Below, in pieces: positions 60,980 through 64,000 of a DNA stretch of 64,000 bases. The position numbers and the translations under genes were made by a program. The notes beneath the pieces were generated by a model. It had not been told where the DNA came from. It saw only the letters and a program-made list of their open reading frames with translations, and did not search any database. Every line of letters begins with the position of its first letter. The stretch's first letter is position 1. The stretch is from Alphaproteobacteria bacterium (GTDB taxonomy: Bacteria; Pseudomonadota; Alphaproteobacteria; UBA828), in assembly GCA_965237415.1 (NCBI GenBank), contig CBDEFM010000002.1, positions 1 through 64,000 on the forward strand, written 5' to 3'.

Positions 60980-61948
60980 ATGACGCGATTCATCGTCATG
61001 CGCCTCCTGACGATCATCCCGATCATGTTCGGGGTGTCGTTCTTCGTCTTCATTCTCGCCCATCTCGCGCCCGGCGACGTCACCACGACCCTCACGGGCC
61101 CCTACGCAACCGAGGAGGTGCGCGAGCAGCTCCGCGAATCCCTCGGGCTGAACGAGCCGCTGCCGATCCAGTACGGCAAGTGGCTCAGCCACATTCTCCA
61201 GGGCGACTTCGGCAAGTCGATCGCCAACCGGCGCATGGTCGCCGAGCTGATCTTCCCGAAGTTCGCCAACTCCGCGATTCTGGCGTTGACCAGCGCGGCG
61301 CTCGCCTACGTCATCGGGCTCTTCGCCGGTATCTTCGCGGCCTCCAGGCCCTACGGCCTCTTCGACCGATTTACGATCGCCGGAACACTGATGTTCGGCA
61401 GCATCCCGCCCTACTGGTTCGGGCTGCTTCTCGTTCTGCTCTTCTCGTTGACCTGGCGCTGGCTGCCGGCAACGGGCATGACCAAGATCATCGGCGGCGG
61501 CGGGCCGATCGACGTGATTCTCCATCTGATTCTGCCGACAATCGCCGCGGGCGCGGCGCCGGCGGCAATCATCGCCCGCACCGTGCGCGCGACCATGCTC
61601 GAGATCCTGAGTCAGAACTACATCAAGGTCGCCCGTGCCAAGGGCATCCGGCGCAGCGTGATCCTGCGTAAGCATGCGCTGCGCAACGCGCTGCCTCCCA
61701 TTGCGACGATCTGCGGCCTGCAGCTCGGCTATCTGCTGGGCGGCGTGCTCTTCGTCGAGGTGATCTTCGCCTGGCCCGGCATCGGCTATCAGCTCTGGCA
61801 GGCAATCCAGGCGCGCGACATCCCGACCATCCAGGGCGCCTCGCTGATCGTCGGCGTCACTTTCGTCCTGGTGAACCTCGCGGTCGACGTGTTCAACGCC
61901 TACACCGACCCCAAGATCCGCATTTCCGAGGGAGTGCGCGCGCGATGA
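60980..61948 (+). CDS. Peptide ABC permease (DppB-like)
   Basis: APGD, GDFGKS, YIKVARAKG, HALRNA, D.PTIQG. Confidence 0.9.
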   Translation: MTRFIVMRLLTIIPIMFGVSFFVFILAHLAPGDVTTTLTGPYATEEVREQLRESLGLNEPLPIQYGKWLSHILQGDFGKSIANRRMVAELIFPKFANSAILALTSAALAYVIGLFAGIFAASRPYGLFDRFTIAGTLMFGSIPPYWFGLLLVLLFSLTWRWLPATGMTKIIGGGGPIDVILHLILPTIAAGAAPAAIIARTVRATMLEILSQNYIKVARAKGIRRSVILRKHALRNALPPIATICGLQLGYLLGGVLFVEVIFAWPGIGYQLWQAIQARDIPTIQGASLIVGVTFVLVNLAVDVFNAYTDPKIRISEGVRAR

Positions 61949-62871
61949 CCGACGCGCCGGGTCTTCACAGCGAATCGATGCGCCGGCGCTCCGCGGCCGA
62001 GCTGCGGCGCGAGAACCTCCACATCATGGTCCGCACCCTCACGCTCGCCTGGCATGCCTATGCCAAGGACAAGGCGGCGGTTGGGGCGCTGATCTTCATG
62101 GTGATCGTGGTTCTGCTCTCCATCCTCGCGCCCTGGATCAGCCCCTACGACCCCACCGACGCGGTCGGCACCCGCGGCGGCCTGCCCGGGACCGACGGCC
62201 TCATCCTCGGCGGCGACATGGACGGCCGCGACATGCTCTCACGCCTCCTCTGGGGCGGCCGGGTGGCGCTGCTCATCGGCGTGGTGCCGACCGTCGCCGC
62301 CACCTTCGTGGCCGTGGTGCTGGGCCTGCTCGCGGGCTACATCGGCGGCTGGCTGGACCAGGTGGTGATGCGCGTCCTCGATGTCTTCTTCGCCTTTCCG
62401 CTGGTTCTGCTCGCCATCGTCATCGCCGGCATTCTCGACCCCGGCGTCGGCACGCTGATCCTCTCCATCGCCGTGGCGCTGGTGCCCTACATCGCGAGGC
62501 TGGTGCGAACGACCACGGTCTCGGTCAAGCAGGAGCCCTATATTGAGGCCGCGCGCGCCGGCGGCGCCACGACTCCGGCCATCCTCGCCCGCTACGTCCT
62601 GCCCAACATGCTGGCACCGGTCATCGTCTATTCGACGACGCTGATCGGCCTGATGATGGTGGTGGGCTCCGGCCTCTCCTTCCTCGGCCTCGGCATCCAG
62701 CCGCCGGACGCCGACTGGGGCACGATGGTCTCCGACGGCCGCGCGGTGCTGAAGAAGGCGCCGCATGCGACTGCCTTCCCCGGCTTCATCATCGTCATCG
62801 TCTCACTCGCTTTCTCCTTCATCGGCGACGGCCTGCGCGATGCGCTCGACCCGCGCGCCAGGGTGCGTTGA
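61945..62871 (+). CDS. Peptide ABC permease (DppC-like)
   Basis: GRDMLSR, YIEAARA.G, LSFLGLG, GDGLRDALDP. Confidence 0.9.
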   Translation: MTDAPGLHSESMRRRSAAELRRENLHIMVRTLTLAWHAYAKDKAAVGALIFMVIVVLLSILAPWISPYDPTDAVGTRGGLPGTDGLILGGDMDGRDMLSRLLWGGRVALLIGVVPTVAATFVAVVLGLLAGYIGGWLDQVVMRVLDVFFAFPLVLLAIVIAGILDPGVGTLILSIAVALVPYIARLVRTTTVSVKQEPYIEAARAGGATTPAILARYVLPNMLAPVIVYSTTLIGLMMVVGSGLSFLGLGIQPPDADWGTMVSDGRAVLKKAPHATAFPGFIIVIVSLAFSFIGDGLRDALDPRARVR

Positions 62872-62881
62872 GGAGGGTGTC

Positions 62882-63885
<1,004 letters not shown>

Positions 63886-63889
<4 letters not shown>

Positions 63890-64000
63890 GCAGTGTCACG
63901 AAGGGCCCGCTGCTCTCCGTCGAGGGTCTGGTCAAGTACTTCAAGCTCGACCCCAAGGGCCTCTTCGAGGCGCCGCCGATCCTGCGCGCGGTCGACGGCG
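63886..64000 (+). CDS. Peptide ABC ATPase (DppF-like), 3' partial
   Basis: ATGA overlap with the previous stop; LLSVEGLVKYF..LRAVDG. Confidence 0.75.

Overview
High-GC bacterial chromosomal window. Gene content (xerC-tal-priA, pcm-rhodanese-tolC, hpsN/hpsO-like pair, TRAP and many ABC systems) suggests an alphaproteobacterium (inference). Layout: (1) 1-23.9 kb, mostly intact housekeeping and amide-catabolism genes (hydantoinase/oxoprolinase A/B, racemase, cysteine hydrolase, a VapC toxin with an oversized partner, an ABC ATPase with all catalytic motifs degenerate) plus a 5'-truncated IS1202-like element. (2) 23.9-30.5 kb, an accessory island with an intact, stand-alone Mu/B3-like head module (protease-scaffold, DUF2190-like cement protein, major capsid protein) and no portal, terminase or tail in the window; it is followed by three arrays of a shared GC hairpin repeat (two in inverted orientation), two decayed DUF6499/DUF2285 (FseA-like) activator genes and an ORF-less group II intron remnant. 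(3) 31-36 kb, XRE regulator, frameshifted enolase-superfamily gene and TRAP transporter. (4) 36.3-53.4 kb, a dense graveyard of nested IS, MITE, integrase and group II intron fragments around an esterase, a GST and an amidohydrolase-DUF59-ABC operon. (5) 53.5-64 kb, a peptide-type ABC, amidase and pyroglutamyl peptidase cluster with a complete IS1202-like element carrying a 17-bp target duplication. No rRNA, tRNA or CRISPR array was recognised. All family calls come from motif recognition by eye, not database searches.
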